64,000 nucleotides of DNA from Asterias rubens (Eukaryota), in NCBI RefSeq assembly GCF_902459465.1, contig NW_022985705.1:124001-188000 (forward strand), read 5' to 3'. The stretch's first letter is position 1. Each line of letters opens with the position of its first letter. Below, piece after piece: positions 46,301 through 58,309 of this stretch. The translations under genes and the position numbers were made by a program. Under the pieces are notes generated by a model. That model was not told where the DNA came from. It did no database searches and saw nothing but the letters and a program-made list of their open reading frames with translations.

Positions 46301-49300
46301 ATGCTTCTTGAGGCGTGTGTGTCACGAATAAGAATGACGCTACGCTAAATTGAACAGAGTGCTTAAGGAATTTGACTCGACCCAAAACGAAATTGAATGG
46401 CCGAATTCTGAATTTGAAACGCAGTAACAACTGGAGAGGCAAAACAGTTTTAATTCGAACGCATGAAAATGAAATTGATTGCTCATTTGCCAAATTTGCC
46501 CGTGAAAACCTATATTATTATTTTTTTTTTTTTTTCTTTTTTCGGGGGAACCCAGATTTCCATTTAAAAATGGAGAAATCACATCCCTGATTTAATACTA
46601 ATTATATTCATCAAACTTACCAACAGACAGTAGCCCTCCTAGTTGATTACCGGGAGTCTCCAACATGAGACAGCTCAGTGAACAGATCAGCGTCTCATCC
46701 ACTACATCAGCACCACAAACATCTACCATCTGCTCCAGGACCTTCAGACTAGCGGCCATGTCATGGCCGTGGGTCAAGCAGTCTTTGCAGAGCGTCACGC
46801 TCAGCACAGACAGCGATTTGTAAGTATGTTTGTCTGTGGATGGGAGACCCTGAGCAACTTGGATGATGGTGGCGAGATGGGAGGTGGCCTCGGTTAGCTC
46901 TGGCAGGCTAGTCACCTGGAATGATAGTTAAAATAATAGGATGATATTACGATATCGTCACAATTTGATATTGAGGACAATTTAATCAGCATTAAACCAT
47001 TATACACGTTCGGTACAGAAAAAAAAAAAGTTCACAGATTTACAAATAACTTACAGGGTATACAGAAGGTAATGGTGAAAGACTTCTCTTGAAATATTAT
47101 GCCATAAGATGCTTTACTTTTTGAGAAAACATTAAAACAATATCAATTCTCGATAGCGAGAACTACGAATTACGAATTTATTTTGAACACATGTCATGAC
47201 ACGAAGAAACGTGCGGAAACAAGGGTGGGTTTTCCCGTTATTTTCTCCCGACTCCGATGACTGATTGAGCCTAAATTTTCACAGGTTTGTTATTTGCTAT
47301 AGATGTTGTGATACATGAAGTGTGGGCCTTGGACAATACTGTTTACCGAAAGTGTCCAATGGCTTAAAAATATTTGAAAGATTGAAATACCAAAGACAGC
47401 GAATTCCTCATATAAAGACGGTATTCTCGATGAAATGATCTCAATAATCAAACTAAACTCCTTAGAAACATGCAGCACCAGCAACAAAACTGGAGCAAAC
47501 AAAGCTACTCAATCAAACCAATCACACAAATGTTACGTACTGTCGATTTTGGAACTATTTGATTGACAATAACTCTTCATTTCATTTCATTTCAATAGGT
47601 CGTTGTGAAAAAAATATGTCCTCGCAGGAGCACTAATCACTATAGGAGTACACAATCTGAGAAGCATAGAAACTGATATCTTTCTACATTTAACCACATT
47701 ACTTAAAGACAGTGGACACTATTGGTAACTACTCAAAATAATTATCAGCATAAAACCTTACTTGGTAACGAGTAATGGGGAGAGGTTGATAGTATACAAC
47801 ATTGTGAGAAACGGCTCCCTCTGAAGTCACGTAGTTTTCGAGAAAGAAGTAATTTTCCATGAATTTGATTTTGAGACCTCAAGTTTAGAATTTGAGGTCT
47901 CGAAATCAAGCATCTAAAAGCAGACAACTTTGTGACAAGGGTGTTTTTTTCTTCTTTCATAGTTATCTCCCAACTCCGACGACCAATCGAGCTCAAATTT
48001 TCACAGGTTTGTTATTTTATGCATATGTTGATATACACCAAGTGTGGTCTTTGACAATTACCAAGTGTCCACTGTCTTTAAACATTTCAAACGTTAAACG
48101 TTTCTCTAAATGCTTTATTTCTGCGCCGTGAACAGCCAGCAGGGTGGATACGTGCGCATCACAAGTGTTATTATTATTATTATTTTTGTTATTATTATTA
48201 TCGAAAGCTGCTGAAGGCTTATAACCAATAGTTTTAATTGCCATTAATTTGAAAAGTGATTACCAAACATATACCTTCCCTTTAAATAATTATTATTAGT
48301 TTCACTAATAATGAATGCTTTGATTGATACCTTGGTCTGGTGCAGGCAATCTATGACAAATGCAAATAACTCAGCGGCCACAGAGTCAAGTCGACTTGTA
48401 GAGACACTAGACTGGCAATGCTGCAGCAGAGTGTGAGTTAACAGTGTCTTGAAGGTTGCTAGTTGATAGGGTAGGGCTGGATTCAACATGGTGTATGCTA
48501 GGAAGGGATGTAACATCCTCACTGTGTAACGCGAGTACCTGCAAGACAATGGATTCTGTTACAACAACAACAGGCCTTCAAATAACCCTCGGCAGCCACA
48601 GCACGGGGAGAATTTTGAGACGCTGGTGGCAGCAGACAAAACAGTCCTTTTTTGTGGCTCTGAGCATGCGCCAAGCTGTTGTGCGCATAGGACTGAGTAC
48701 ACGCACTACTACCGAGAACTGTAAAAAGGACCGTCCAAAAGTCTCCCATTTCCATGGTGGCCTGTGCTTTTGCTAGCTATGGTTCCCTCTGCAAGGTTCC
48801 AATACAATTTACATTGTCCCTGTATAAGTGCCCCTTACCTCCTGCAAGAGCGAAGTGCAAGGCCTGCAACATGGAGTATGTTTGACAGGGGTGTAACATA
48901 TTGACGGCGTGACAGACATAACTACAAGACAACAATGTCTGTTGCTGTATCATAGACGGATTAAATATGATGTAAGCTAGAGAATGGTGTAACACACACC
49001 TTGTATAACATGAGTACTTGCAAGATAAAAATGGCTTCTGTCTCATAAGACAATGTTCGAGAAATGACCCATGTGCTACCAAAGTGCTTCGGTAGCATGC
49101 ACTGCAGTTTAGTTGCCTGTAAATGTTGCCTCATGTGATAAGGCTTTTAAGATCACTCAGCCACGACACTCTAGAACTTGTGAAATGTTGGAAGTGTTGT
49201 GACCGAGCTGTTACGGGTACCGAACCCAAGCTCTGCTGCATCTGATCAGCAGAGTCCCAGTTGTGACACTTGTGTCCTTAAGCAAGACACTTAATCATTG

Positions 49301-51628
49301 CTTCGTCCTTTGGATGGGATGTAAATGTGTAGGTCCAGTGTGTTGTTATAAAAACTATCAACGCACGTAAAAGACCCTATCGCCCCGGTGTGCCTGGCAG
49401 TGCGACCATCTTCAATCATGATAGCTGCACTAGAAAGGAAGAGAGAAAGACATATTTAATAGGCACTTACTTGTAATCTGTTAGTAGGTGAGACACATGG
49501 TGTAGGACCGATGGCCAGCAATCAGGTCTACTGGTCAGTATTGAGATAAATGGATGAGGAGGTGACCTGGAAGCAAGGGCAATCACATCAACATCTTTAA
49601 AATGTTATGATAATGCTACTTAAAGGCAGGGGACACTATTGGTAATTACTCAACATAATTGTTAGCACAAAAAACCTTACTTGGTTATGAGTAATGGGGA
49701 GAGGTTGATAGTATAAAACATTGTGAGAAACGGTTCCCTCTGAAGTAACGTAGTTTTCGAGAGAGAAGTAATTTTCATCGAATTTGATTTTGAGACCTCA
49801 GATTTAGAATTTGAGGTCTCGAAATCAACCATCTGAATGTGCACAACTGCAGGTGACAAGGGTGTTTTTTCTTTAATTAATATCTCGCATCTTCGACGAC
49901 CGATTGAGCTCAAATTTTCACAGGTTTGTTATTTTGTGCATATGTTGAGATACACCAAGTGAGAAGACTGGTCTTTGACAATTACCAATAGTGTCCAATG
50001 TCTTTAAACATTTTCTTTTATAATGAGGAGAGGTTGACATTGTTTATTAAAAAGCCTAATGGAGCGCATCGGCAGCTCAGGGCTGTATACTCCACAGGGA
50101 GCTGAGAAAGATTAAAGGAATGTTCTTGGCCCAGTGACCAGGCAGGTTACCAATGTAAAGCGCAAGGTCTTTGAAAGGTCAAGGGCACCAAGGCAAATGA
50201 CCTGGGGTTGATTTCACAAAGCAATAAAATCCATCGTAAGACAATATGTCAGTATCACCATAGTGACTTGTATGGTGACATCACACTTTACTAAGCAACT
50301 ACGATTGATTTGCAGTTAAGATCAATCTTAGATCTTTGTGAAATCGGCCCCAGGGGGCATGGAGATGGCGGCTCTCACCTTCGTTGCCTCCTTGAAGTGT
50401 ATACAGGCCTGCGCATAAATACACATTTACGCATTTCATTGTAAAATACACAACATAAGAACTAGTTATATAGAAATGCTAGCTTACCTTAGCCCATACG
50501 GGCAGTGATACACCCCCTCAATGGTAACGCTTGTTCTTATCTGTAGCAATATTAGCTTTCCAACTGCTTGAATGACCCCGGTAGTGTTAACAGCAGAAGG
50601 AATGACATTTAAGAGTCCTTTGACTACGTAGGATAGCTCTGCGTGACCGTGCTGAACTAACGACACCAGACAGTCACTGCAGGCTAGACACACTGAGGAG
50701 GACTCCACGGTACATTGCTCCCAAACAAGCTTCAGTTCCGCTATCTGTAATCAATCAAAGCAAGGTTGAGGCTATACTGATTTTAGTTGGTGGGCTATAA
50801 ATCAATTTTTTGTTTAAGTAGTCCACCAAGGGCAAGCAGATCAACAAAGTTACTCATGATGATTATGTGGCCATCAATTGCTGAAGTGCACGCTTCATAC
50901 AGGCACACAATGCCAGGTTTCAAAACTGCTTGTGTTATGGAGCCATGCAATAAGTTGAATGGTCTTTAGATTGTGTTCTCTCTCTCTGTGACATTTGATA
51001 CTCCTTATAATTAGATCTCAGATCAATGCACAGTGGACAACAAGACAACATTTGATTTATTGTAGGGGAAATCTGTCTTAGGTAGCACACAATGTCTTTT
51101 GCTCAAAGTGCTGGGCAAAAATTGCAAGTCTTGGGCGGGCCAAACCAGAATTTGCCCACTGAATAAAAGTGCCTGAAGGGGTAAGTTTGGTTACCAGTCA
51201 ACTCTGTCTAAGGTCACCTTGGTCAACCTGGTCGGCAAGTGTTTTTTTTTGTTAAGTGGTTGAGTGGGAAGTGGCAGGATGTTACTGGCTCAGAAATGAA
51301 TACTAATCACCTTTAGGGTCATGGTTCTCGTCAACAACTTATTTAAATTTTCGGACCAATTTGACCTAGAGTGTGGTGAAAATCTTATAAATTATTTATT
51401 TTCATACACGTATGTTGTAGTGTGTATTGTACAATGGCAAGTTCTCAGAGACACTAGTAGTACGACTGAGCAACAGCACTACTCTACCTGAGGGGAATTA
51501 CTGGTGATGAGATCGTCCTTTAATATCTTGCTCTTCTGTGATACGATCTGACTGTAGAGTTTTGAAGCAGCTGCGGTGTTCAGACCACGGTCACCAAAAT
51601 GTAGACGAGTCTTCAAATCCTCAGCCAT
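43312..51628 (-). CDS. FOCAD: Focadhesin, 5' part only (8 coding exons, 557 codons), truncated by the gap
   Basis: Exons 51628-51488, 50744-50488, 49566-49471, 48538-48331, 46915-46621, 45791-45574, 44271-44026, 43521-43312, all GT-AG and phase-consistent. Motifs match recalled human FOCAD: MAEDLKTRLHF, LKLVWEQC...HAELSYVVKGLLNVIPS, PHPFISILTSRPDCWP, APSLLPLLLYRLG...LITQLWKIQ. Confidence 0.9.
44644..44797. mobile_element. Hairpin MITE (AATGGGAGACTTT...AAAGTCTCCCATT)
   Basis: Inverted arms with GGTGGCAGCAGACTTACCAGGTAA / TTACCTGGTAAGTCTGCTGCCACC; partial relatives at about 43930-43990 and 48620-48752. Confidence 0.75.
44891..45074. mobile_element. Family E Harbinger-like MITE
   Basis: CAG|GGCCCAATTTCAGTGGCTCTGCTTAC ... 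GTAAGCAGAGCTGTGAAATTGGGCC. Confidence 0.75.
45188..45426. mobile_element. Family E Harbinger-like MITE
   Basis: CAG|GGCCCAATTTCATAGAGCTGCTAAGC ... GCTCCATGAAATTGGGCC|CAC. Confidence 0.8.
46992..47367. mobile_element. Kolobok/T2-type MITE family C
   Basis: TTAA|ACCATT... GTGTCCAATGGC|TTAA; reverse complement of 10791-11163. Confidence 0.85.
47703..48081. mobile_element. Kolobok/T2-type MITE family B
   Basis: TTAA|AGACAGTGGACACT ... AGTGTCCACTGTCT|TTAA. Confidence 0.9.
48839..49035 (-). pseudogene. Two degenerate tandem copies of the start of FOCAD coding exon 4
   Basis: Copies start at 49017 (acceptor mutated to CAA) and 48921 (TAG acceptor). Both align without gaps to the first 55-70 nt of exon 48538-48331; the second copy matches 37/55 by hand count. 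Confidence 0.7.
49200..49410 (+). repeat. SINE (degenerate tRNA-like head plus CORE-like body)
   Basis: GTTGTGACACTTGTGTCCTTAAGCAAGACACTTAA...GTCCTTTGGATGGGATGTAAA; shared with 13925 and 30828. Confidence 0.6.
49620..50007. mobile_element. Kolobok/T2-type MITE family B
   Basis: TTAA|AGGCAGGGGACACTATTGG ... CCAATAGTGTCCAATGTCT|TTAA. Confidence 0.9.
50205..50350. mobile_element. Harbinger-like MITE (GGGTTGATTTCACAAAG...CTTTGTGAAATCGGCCC)
   Basis: Imperfect TIRs flanked by CTG and CAG. Confidence 0.65.
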
Positions 51629-52349
51629 GTTGGAATTTGAAGAGGTGACCAGAACAACTCAATTGAGAAAATGACTCACAGAGGTTTACTCGGCTCAGTT
51701 GATTAGCAGTGCCAGCGCAGTAAACTGAAAATAAATTGTTGAGAATGATGACGATATCAACTTACTCATCGTTCGGTATAGATTAGAACTATGCATTGCA
51801 TAGTGATAGTCCTATGAGGAATTGGTCCACTAGCGTTCTTTTGTGGACACGACAGAACCTTAAGTCAATACAGAGTCGTCTAAACTGTATTTCCGTTATT
51901 GGTGTAACTAATAATAGCACGAATTAGCGCCGTCGCCAGATTTTATTTTCCGTGCATAGCTAGAAGTTCCTGCCATGGCACGCATTGGTTTTACGTCATG
52001 ATTATATGAGCTGCAAAAATATGAAAACAATGTAGAATTGGTAGGATTTGAACCTACAACCTTGTGATTAATAATACAATTACAAATACAAGCAAGCCTG
52101 ACAGTGTGACACTCACACTGCACTACCTACCTGGCTGGTGGTCCTGGATCATTCATTTATATCAACTCACATTTTTATCATATTCTGTCACTGCTGTCTA
52201 CACCAAGAAACATAGCTGGGAAATCCCATAGTTGCACAACAGCATATTGACTGTGCGTTTAACTTGAATTTGTAATCATAAAAATGTATGAAATTTAATT
52301 ACACAAAAATACAGCTGGAAAACAAACACAAAGGTCACACACTCACCTA

Positions 52350-52790
52350 CCTCGCTCACGAGCCACAAGTACACAGCACCTCTACGAGAAATTCCCCGCG
52401 TCCGTCATCCATAAAAGAGAAACAGCGCCACCAAGCGACAAAACAGGCTAAGTGGTGTCCGCTACTATACTACTTCTTTGACATTCGACCTTATTTTGGT
52501 GACTGATGACCGTATGCTTTCTTTCTTCTCTTCCTTGGAATGCTCTAATTTCATCATTTGGGTCACACACAAAGCAAGCACTTACTTATTATTGTGAATG
52601 TGAGTTTCTTAGTTTTACTTGGTCTCTTTGTCATTTTTAACATTCGTATTATTATTACTCAGTCTTTTTGTATTCTTTTTGTCTGCCCGCCCGCTGCCCG
52701 GTGCGGTGTATTTTTTTTTCTTTTCTTTTACACCTCAGCAGCGCTCTGCGAGGGGTTTTGTACTGAGTCTACCTCCATAACACTACACTG
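52350..52790. promoter_or_regulatory. Putative bidirectional promoter and first exons of FOCAD (-) and CCDC124 (+)
   Basis: The two start codons face apart and are 1.7 kb apart (51628 and 53313). There is a minus-strand donor GAG|GTAGGTGAGT at 52350, a possible plus-strand donor GTATGC at 52512, and GC-rich patches. TSSs are not determinable. Confidence 0.5.
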
Positions 52791-52922
52791 GGATAACTTT
52801 CCGTATGGCGCCACCACTTTTTCACACATTTTTACAAAAAGGGATATCTCATTGAGGTAAATTAGGTCTTATATTATTTCATATCGAATGAAAAAGTGGT
52901 GGCGCCATACGGAAACTTTTCC
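52791..52922. mobile_element. Merlin-like palindromic MITE
   Basis: GGATAACTTTCCGTATGGCGCCACCACTTTTTCA ... TGAAAAAGTGGTGGCGCCATACGGAAACTTTTCC; same family as 60412 and 61783. No TSD visible at this copy. Confidence 0.75.
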
Positions 52923-53312
52923 CATTAAGGCCCCCCTCCCCCTACTCCTAGTCCTAGAACTATGAAGTTCGGTTCCGCGATCGTCTCCACGAGTCCAAGT
53001 TTGTGGTTAGACTCGGAGTCCAAGTTTGTGGTCCGAGTCCACAAACGTGGAGATGATAGCGGAACAAACTTCACAGTTCTAGGAGTAGGCCTACCCTACC
53101 TGGGAGACTCCCTCCCCCCCCCCCCCCCCCCCCCCTGCCCCCAGGCCCTCACCTCTTCCAACTATGTGCCACTGGTGGGAAGTACAATTTTTAAGGGAAA
53201 CAAAAAACAAAAAACTATTAACTAACACTCGGTGTAGTGTAGCATCCATTATAAAAAAACATTTATAATATTTTGTTTGTGAACAGGGAATTCCAGCTCG
53301 TAGGCCTAAAGG

Positions 53313-56300
53313 ATGCCCAAGAAATTTGCAGGAGAGAACTCCAAGGCGGCGGTTGCCAAAGCACGGAAGGCTGAACTTCTGCATGAGAAAGAAGCCGCTA
53401 AACAAAAAGCAGAAGAAGATGCATACTGGAACGACGATGACAAACATGTCAAGAAAAAACAACAGAGGAAGGTAATTACCAGGGCCCAATTTCATAGAGC
53501 TGCTTAAGCAAAAAAAATTGCTTAAGCAGAAACATCCTTGCTTAGTAAAATGCTAAGTTCTTGCTAAGTAAACAACAGCTAAATACCAGGCAATATATAT
53601 GGCATGTCATTTGACCAGTAACATGTGTAAAATAAGCAAGCTATTTTCGTGCTTAGAGCAAATTTTGTTGCTTAAGCAGCTCTATGAAATTGGACCCAGC
53701 AGAGTTGTAGTTGAGTCACCAGTCCAAGTCCAAGTCACTTGGTCAGAGTCCATGTTGGAATCCTGAGTCATTTAGGTCGAGTACGAGTCACTTGGTCAGA
53801 GTCTTGAGTCCTTTGGGTCAAGTCTGAGTCACTTGGTCAGAACCAAGTTCGAGTCCTGAGTCACTTAGGTTGAGTCTGAGTCACTTGGTTAGAGTCCAAG
53901 TTCGAGACCCGAGTCACTTTTTTAAATCACTTAATAGTTGGGATACTTAAACCTGGGCCCAATATCTTAAAGCCTGTTCGTCCAAGTTGTGTCTTGAGAC
54001 GACTAGAGTCCGAGTCCTGCAGCAGATTTCACGAAATGCTAGGATTAATCCTATCTTGAGTTAACCCGTCCTAACTTAGGATGGGTTCAATGCTACTTAA
54101 CGTCTTCGGATACGGAACTGAACTCGTCCTAAGTATTAAGATTAATCCTAAGTTAGGAAGAGTTTGTTGAAATTTACGGCTGAACTCGAGTTTTACAACT
54201 CTGTTTACCATATTCGGTTGTTCAATTGCAGGAAAATAAAGACAAGAAACGAGAGGAGGAGTCGATGAGGAAGCTAGAATCTCGTCGTCTCCTTGAGGAA
54301 GAAGAAGAAATCTTGAAGGCAGCTACTAAGGTGACCAAACCCAGCAAGCTGACCAGGGTTCAGATTCAGGCTGAGCAGGAGATTAAAGCAGCCCAGGAAG
54401 GTAAAAATGTGAAATGAGAATCATGTAGGCAGAATTGATACTTTTTACAATTTAATTCATCAATTCGATTCAATTCAGTTCAATTCGAACTTGCATTTAC
54501 TTTTCTTAATTTGGGGTTGAACAAAGAAAAATTTACCAAAGTGGGATTTGAACCAAGACGTCTGGATCATTGATCCAGCGCTCTACCACCTGAGCTATCT
54601 AGCCCTATGTTGGGGGTCTCCCTATTGTTTCAATGTCTTTATTTGGGGGTGCCAGTCAGAAGCCATACAACCATTAAACCACTGTATAAGCCAGGAATCA
54701 CACTTAAGTTTACAATACAACTACATCTACATCTATGATAATACTTGTCAAAGCCTTTTCAGCGTCTAGACAAGGTGAGAAGACAATGAAGAATCTTCAG
54801 TTTGGGAAATGGGCGGAAAACCCTAGAGAATTGTTCCAGGGAAAACCCATGAATTCAAGGAGGGACTTTTAAAAGCCCAATCAACATAGTGCCCTGGTAG
54901 GATTCGAACCGGGGTCCCCAGAGGTGGAAGGCGTGGCAAGACACCACTGCGCCAACCTGACAACGTGGGAAGCGGCAGCCAAGGGATCACGTTAAGGGGA
55001 TGTGACTTTCCACTTTAGATATCAAATAATAAACCACCAGGAAAACTGACTTGGTAAATTTAAAATTTTTTGGGGTTGAACAAAGACAAATGTACTAGAG
55101 CGGGATTTAAACCCCCCGAAAATTATGACATTTTATTTTTTCTTAAGCTGCTGAGAGGAAGAAGAAGCAGCCAAGCACCCATCTGGATGAACCACTTGAG
55201 GAGAATCCTAATATAGCCCTCGCTGCTGAAGAAGCTTCAGGGGATTCGTCGGCCAGGAATGTAGAGGAAGCTATTGGTGCTCTTAGGTCAGTAGAAAATG
55301 TTTAGATGCTTTGAATTGTGATTTATCATTGCGTAAACATGGTCTAGCCCCGAAATATATCTCAGAATTACTTTTTCCCAAAAAGCAACCTACAACTCGT
55401 GTTCTCCGATCATCATCTACCGCCCACCTGGAATTCAACTCTGGTCCTATCCCCCGCACTCGCTATGGAAACCGCTCCTTCTCAATCGCCACTCTCACTC
55501 TTTGGAACAATCTTCCTGTTCACATCCGTGCCTCCACTACACTGGACTCATTTAAAACCGTTGTAAAACACACTTATTTAAATCCATCTAATCTATTCAG
55601 TTTCTGCTATTTCATCCCACTTTTAATTGTAATTTTTTTGTTATCTTAAACTTCCTGTTCAGCGCTTAGAAACCTTTTATTAAGCGCTATATAAATGCAT
55701 GTTATTATTATTATTATTATTGTTGTAACACAATGTGTATATCTACTTGTTGGTAGATATAGACATGGTGTAACCAACAACCATATATGATAATACCCAT
55801 CACCATTCAATGCCTCAAATCCCATACTAATGGTATTGAACAACAAAAAATACAAACTTTCTGTACAATTTACAAACAGTTGTTCTCTACTATAGACAAC
55901 CTGTACAGTTGAAGAGCTACAAAGGGTTGGTGAACTTTTACTGACAATAGTGTTACTGAAAGCAGGATGGTTAATTTAACTTGGAATATTTCACACTGTA
56001 CAAACATTCTGAAAATAGGAAGATTAGTATGAACTTAGATCGTAACACTGTGCACAAATACTGAAAGTGTTCATAATGAAAGTTATGGAAAAAAATAACT
56101 TAAAGTGAAAGTGAAAGTGAATTTGAAATCCGAACTGTAAAAACATTCTGAAGGTTGGAATGTCAATTTGAATTAAAAGAGCAATAACACTGTACAAACA
56201 TTGACTTAGTTTACAACTGAATTCTTCTTTATTCCGGAGTGTATTTTTATTTTTTTTTTTTTCTTCACTGCAGTATCACCGACCCCGCCCTTGAGAAACA

Positions 56301-56478
56301 TCCAGAGAGGAGAATGAAGGCCGCCTACAAAGCATTCGAAGCAATCCACCTCCCGCGCCTCAAGGCAGAAAATCCCAACCTCAGAATGTCCCAGTTCCGG
56401 CAGATGTTGAAGAAGGACTGGAGTCGCTCACCGGACAATCCGCTAAATCAGAGGACGTCATCGTACAACACAAAATGA
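53313..56478 (+). CDS. CCDC124: Coiled-coil domain-containing protein 124 (Lso2 ortholog, ribosome-binding/hibernation factor), 223 aa
   Basis: Exons 53313-53471, 54232-54400, 55148-55286, 56274-56478 (672 nt, phase-consistent). Motifs MPKKFAGENSKAAVAKARKA, EDAYWNDDDK, ARNVEEAIGAL, EKHPERRMKAAYKAFE and LRMSQFRQMLKKDWSRSPDNP. Confidence 0.96.
53483..53696. mobile_element. Family E Harbinger-like MITE with CAG TSD
   Basis: CAG|GGCCCAATTTCATAGAGCTGCTTAAGC ... GCTTAAGCAGCTCTATGAAATTGGACC|CAG, starting 11 nt into the CCDC124 intron. Confidence 0.88.
53700..53925. repeat. Degenerate tandem repeat of GAGTCACTTGGTCAGAGTCC-like units
   Basis: More than 8 GAGTC-containing units; a related short array lies at 52990-53045. 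Confidence 0.75.
54508..54605 (-). repeat. tRNA-derived SINE
   Basis: Minus strand reads GGGCTAGATAGCTCAGGTGGTAGAGCG (A box) ... GGTTCAAATCCC (B box), then TTTCTTTGTTCAACCCCAA. A second 3' piece lies at about 55065-55112. Confidence 0.7.
54775..54960 (-). repeat. tRNA-derived SINE, second family
   Basis: Minus strand A box TGGCGCAGTGG (54954-54944) and B box GGTTCGAATCC (54910-54900), then a body GGCACTATGTTGATTGGGCTTTT. Confidence 0.7.
55320..55721 (+). mobile_element. 5'-truncated L2/CR1-clade LINE 3' end
   Basis: Translates to HGLAPKYISELL...RVLRSS...YGNRSFS...LWNNLP.HIR.S..LDSFK, a typical L2-clade ORF2 C-terminus. The tail AGCGCTTAG...TAAGCGCTATATAAAT is followed by (TTA)n. Confidence 0.85.
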
Positions 56479-56564
56479 AAACAAACGTATATTGCTGGAG
56501 ATCTTTGATCAAGTGCGCCTCACCGTGCAGACTTTTATGAATGTTAACCATCAGTGTTGTAGCC

Positions 56565-56735
56565 ACGGTGGGCGGTGCTGGACGGGCCTGCCCAAAACTA
56601 ACAAATTTCGCCCAGCACTCTGAGCAAAGTCAATGTGCTGCCAGCACAGGTTTCCCCTAGATTGCACTCCAGCAATGATGGCCCCCATATCTTAACATGA
56701 ACAATTTTGTTGAACTGCTCGCCCTTGGTGGACTA
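56565..56735 (+). repeat. Dispersed repeat family H
   Basis: GGGCCTGCCCA..ACTAACA...TTTCCCC.AGATTGCACT.CAGCAATGA.GGCCCCATA...GTTGAACTGCTCGCCCTTGGTGGA, also at 62490-62660 and inverted and split at 50820-51160. Confidence 0.75.
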
Positions 56736-57002
56736 AGTTGGATTTAGAGGACGACACTAAAATTGGTCTAGCCACAACACTGTTTACCATCTATGAGAGA
56801 TGTTAGCTTCCCATATAATGGCCTCTCTCAGGATGCTGCCTTTTGGGGTTATAGGTTTTTCCCAAACCTTTTACAAAGGTCTAAACTTTTCATTTACAAT
56901 GACAACATTTAAAACCAACAGTAGAAAGCAGAAGATGAATAATATTTTCATTTGGCAACTGCTTCTTTGCAAATTGACCGACACTCTGAAGGTGTAGAGT
57001 AA

Positions 57003-57381
57003 AGGAACACGTTGCCTTAGATCGGTCGAGTTGGTCTTTGAAAATCGTTCTGTAACCGTTTGTTGTAAAATGTATATGGTTAGAAAGATATTGTAAAAGT
57101 AGAATACAATGATCTACAGAAATATGCCTAGAAATTGCGTGGTTTTCTTTTTACCCTGTCGACTAACACGGTCGGCCATTTATGGGAGTCAAAATTTTGA
57201 CTCCCATAAATGGCCGACCGTGATAGTTCGCGACGTAAAAGGAAAACCGTGCTGTTTCGAGTGATACTTCTGTGGATTATTATATTCTACTTTTAAAACA
57301 TCTTTCTAACCATATGCATTTCATAAACGGTTTCAAACGCTTTTAATAGACCAACTCGTCCGATCCAGGCAACTTGTTCCT
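57003..57381. mobile_element. Kolobok/T2-type foldback MITE family A
   Basis: GTAA|AGGAACACGTTGCC ... GGCAACTTGTTCCT|TTAA; centre TTATGGGAGTCAAAATTTTGACTCCCATAA. Confidence 0.88.
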
Positions 57382-57955
57382 TTAAGAGCAAGAGTTTGGG
57401 TGCATTGAGCTGGGACAGCTTTTATGTGACTTGTTGCTGCAGGGGTCAGACCTTATAGGCAATGTAGCCAGCAGAACATGAGTCACGTTCAATCACAAAT
57501 TATTACCAATATTTCTTCCCTATCTTCTGGTTGTCCAGGGTACGGGCGATGAAGAATTGGAGATGTTGCAGTTTTCAGCAGCCCATCTTTTCTTTCTCAT
57601 TTTAAACTTTTGCTTCATTTTTTTGCGGGCAAAGCAATATTTGTTATTGACGGTGCCTCTATGGGGGAAATGTAAAGTTATTTTATAATATTTCAAGGAG
57701 CACAGAGGCGGTGACAAGGGACATTGTGTAGTATAAGGCCTGTAGTTGCACAACACTAAAGTAAAGGAGCTGAAAGTTACGTCCCTGGCATGCAAGAAAA
57801 TGGCTAATGTAGGGTCTTTGTGGCCAAAACTGGCTGTGACTAATACGTTTTGTAAGAAATAAAATCAAAAGATAATGCCGAATGTGCAAGAAAAATAAAT
57901 TGTTCAAACGAACAGCTCACATTATTTAAATAACATAGGCTGTGTGTCGATAGTC

Positions 57956-58150
57956 CGGGCCCATTTTCATAAAGATGCCAAGCAGAAAATGGTGCTTAGC
58001 AAATTTTCCCACTGAGCAACCATTAGCAGGGAACCAGTCACAAGCAATATGTGTTACTTGTTATTTTGGCTGGGTAATCTGTTTGTGCTTAGCAAACATT
58101 TTCTTTGCTGAGCAAATATATTTACGGTTCACAGCTTTATGAAATCGGGC
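57956..58150. mobile_element. Degenerate family E MITE
   Basis: GGGCCCATTTTCATAAAG ... GCTTTATGAAATCGGGC. Confidence 0.6.
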
Positions 58151-58309
58151 ACAGATGTCATGGTGTTCAGTTATAGGGTAAACTATTATTGAATGTAAAA
58201 ATAAAAAGAGGATCGAGTTGTCAAGTATTAAAATACTAGTGGCATCCAAATACTGTTCTTGGCTTTATAATTTTTTTTAAAGTAAGCCTTCAGCTCCCAA
58301 TTTTATTGA

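Noticed and set aside
49090-49200. Possible third decayed copy of FOCAD exon 4
   Set aside because: It matches the dispersed repeat at about 14205-14280 (GGCAAC..TTACAGGCA..AACTGCAGTGCATGCTAC) better than the exon.
51735-51880. C/D-box snoRNA candidate (ATGATGA near 51746)
   Set aside because: No convincing D box, terminal stem or recognisable rRNA guide.
54508-54960. tRNA genes suggested by A/B boxes (also 21110, 21975, 34940-35075, 63115)
   Set aside because: Acceptor and anticodon stems cannot be completed, and the heads run into repeat bodies, so they are SINE heads.
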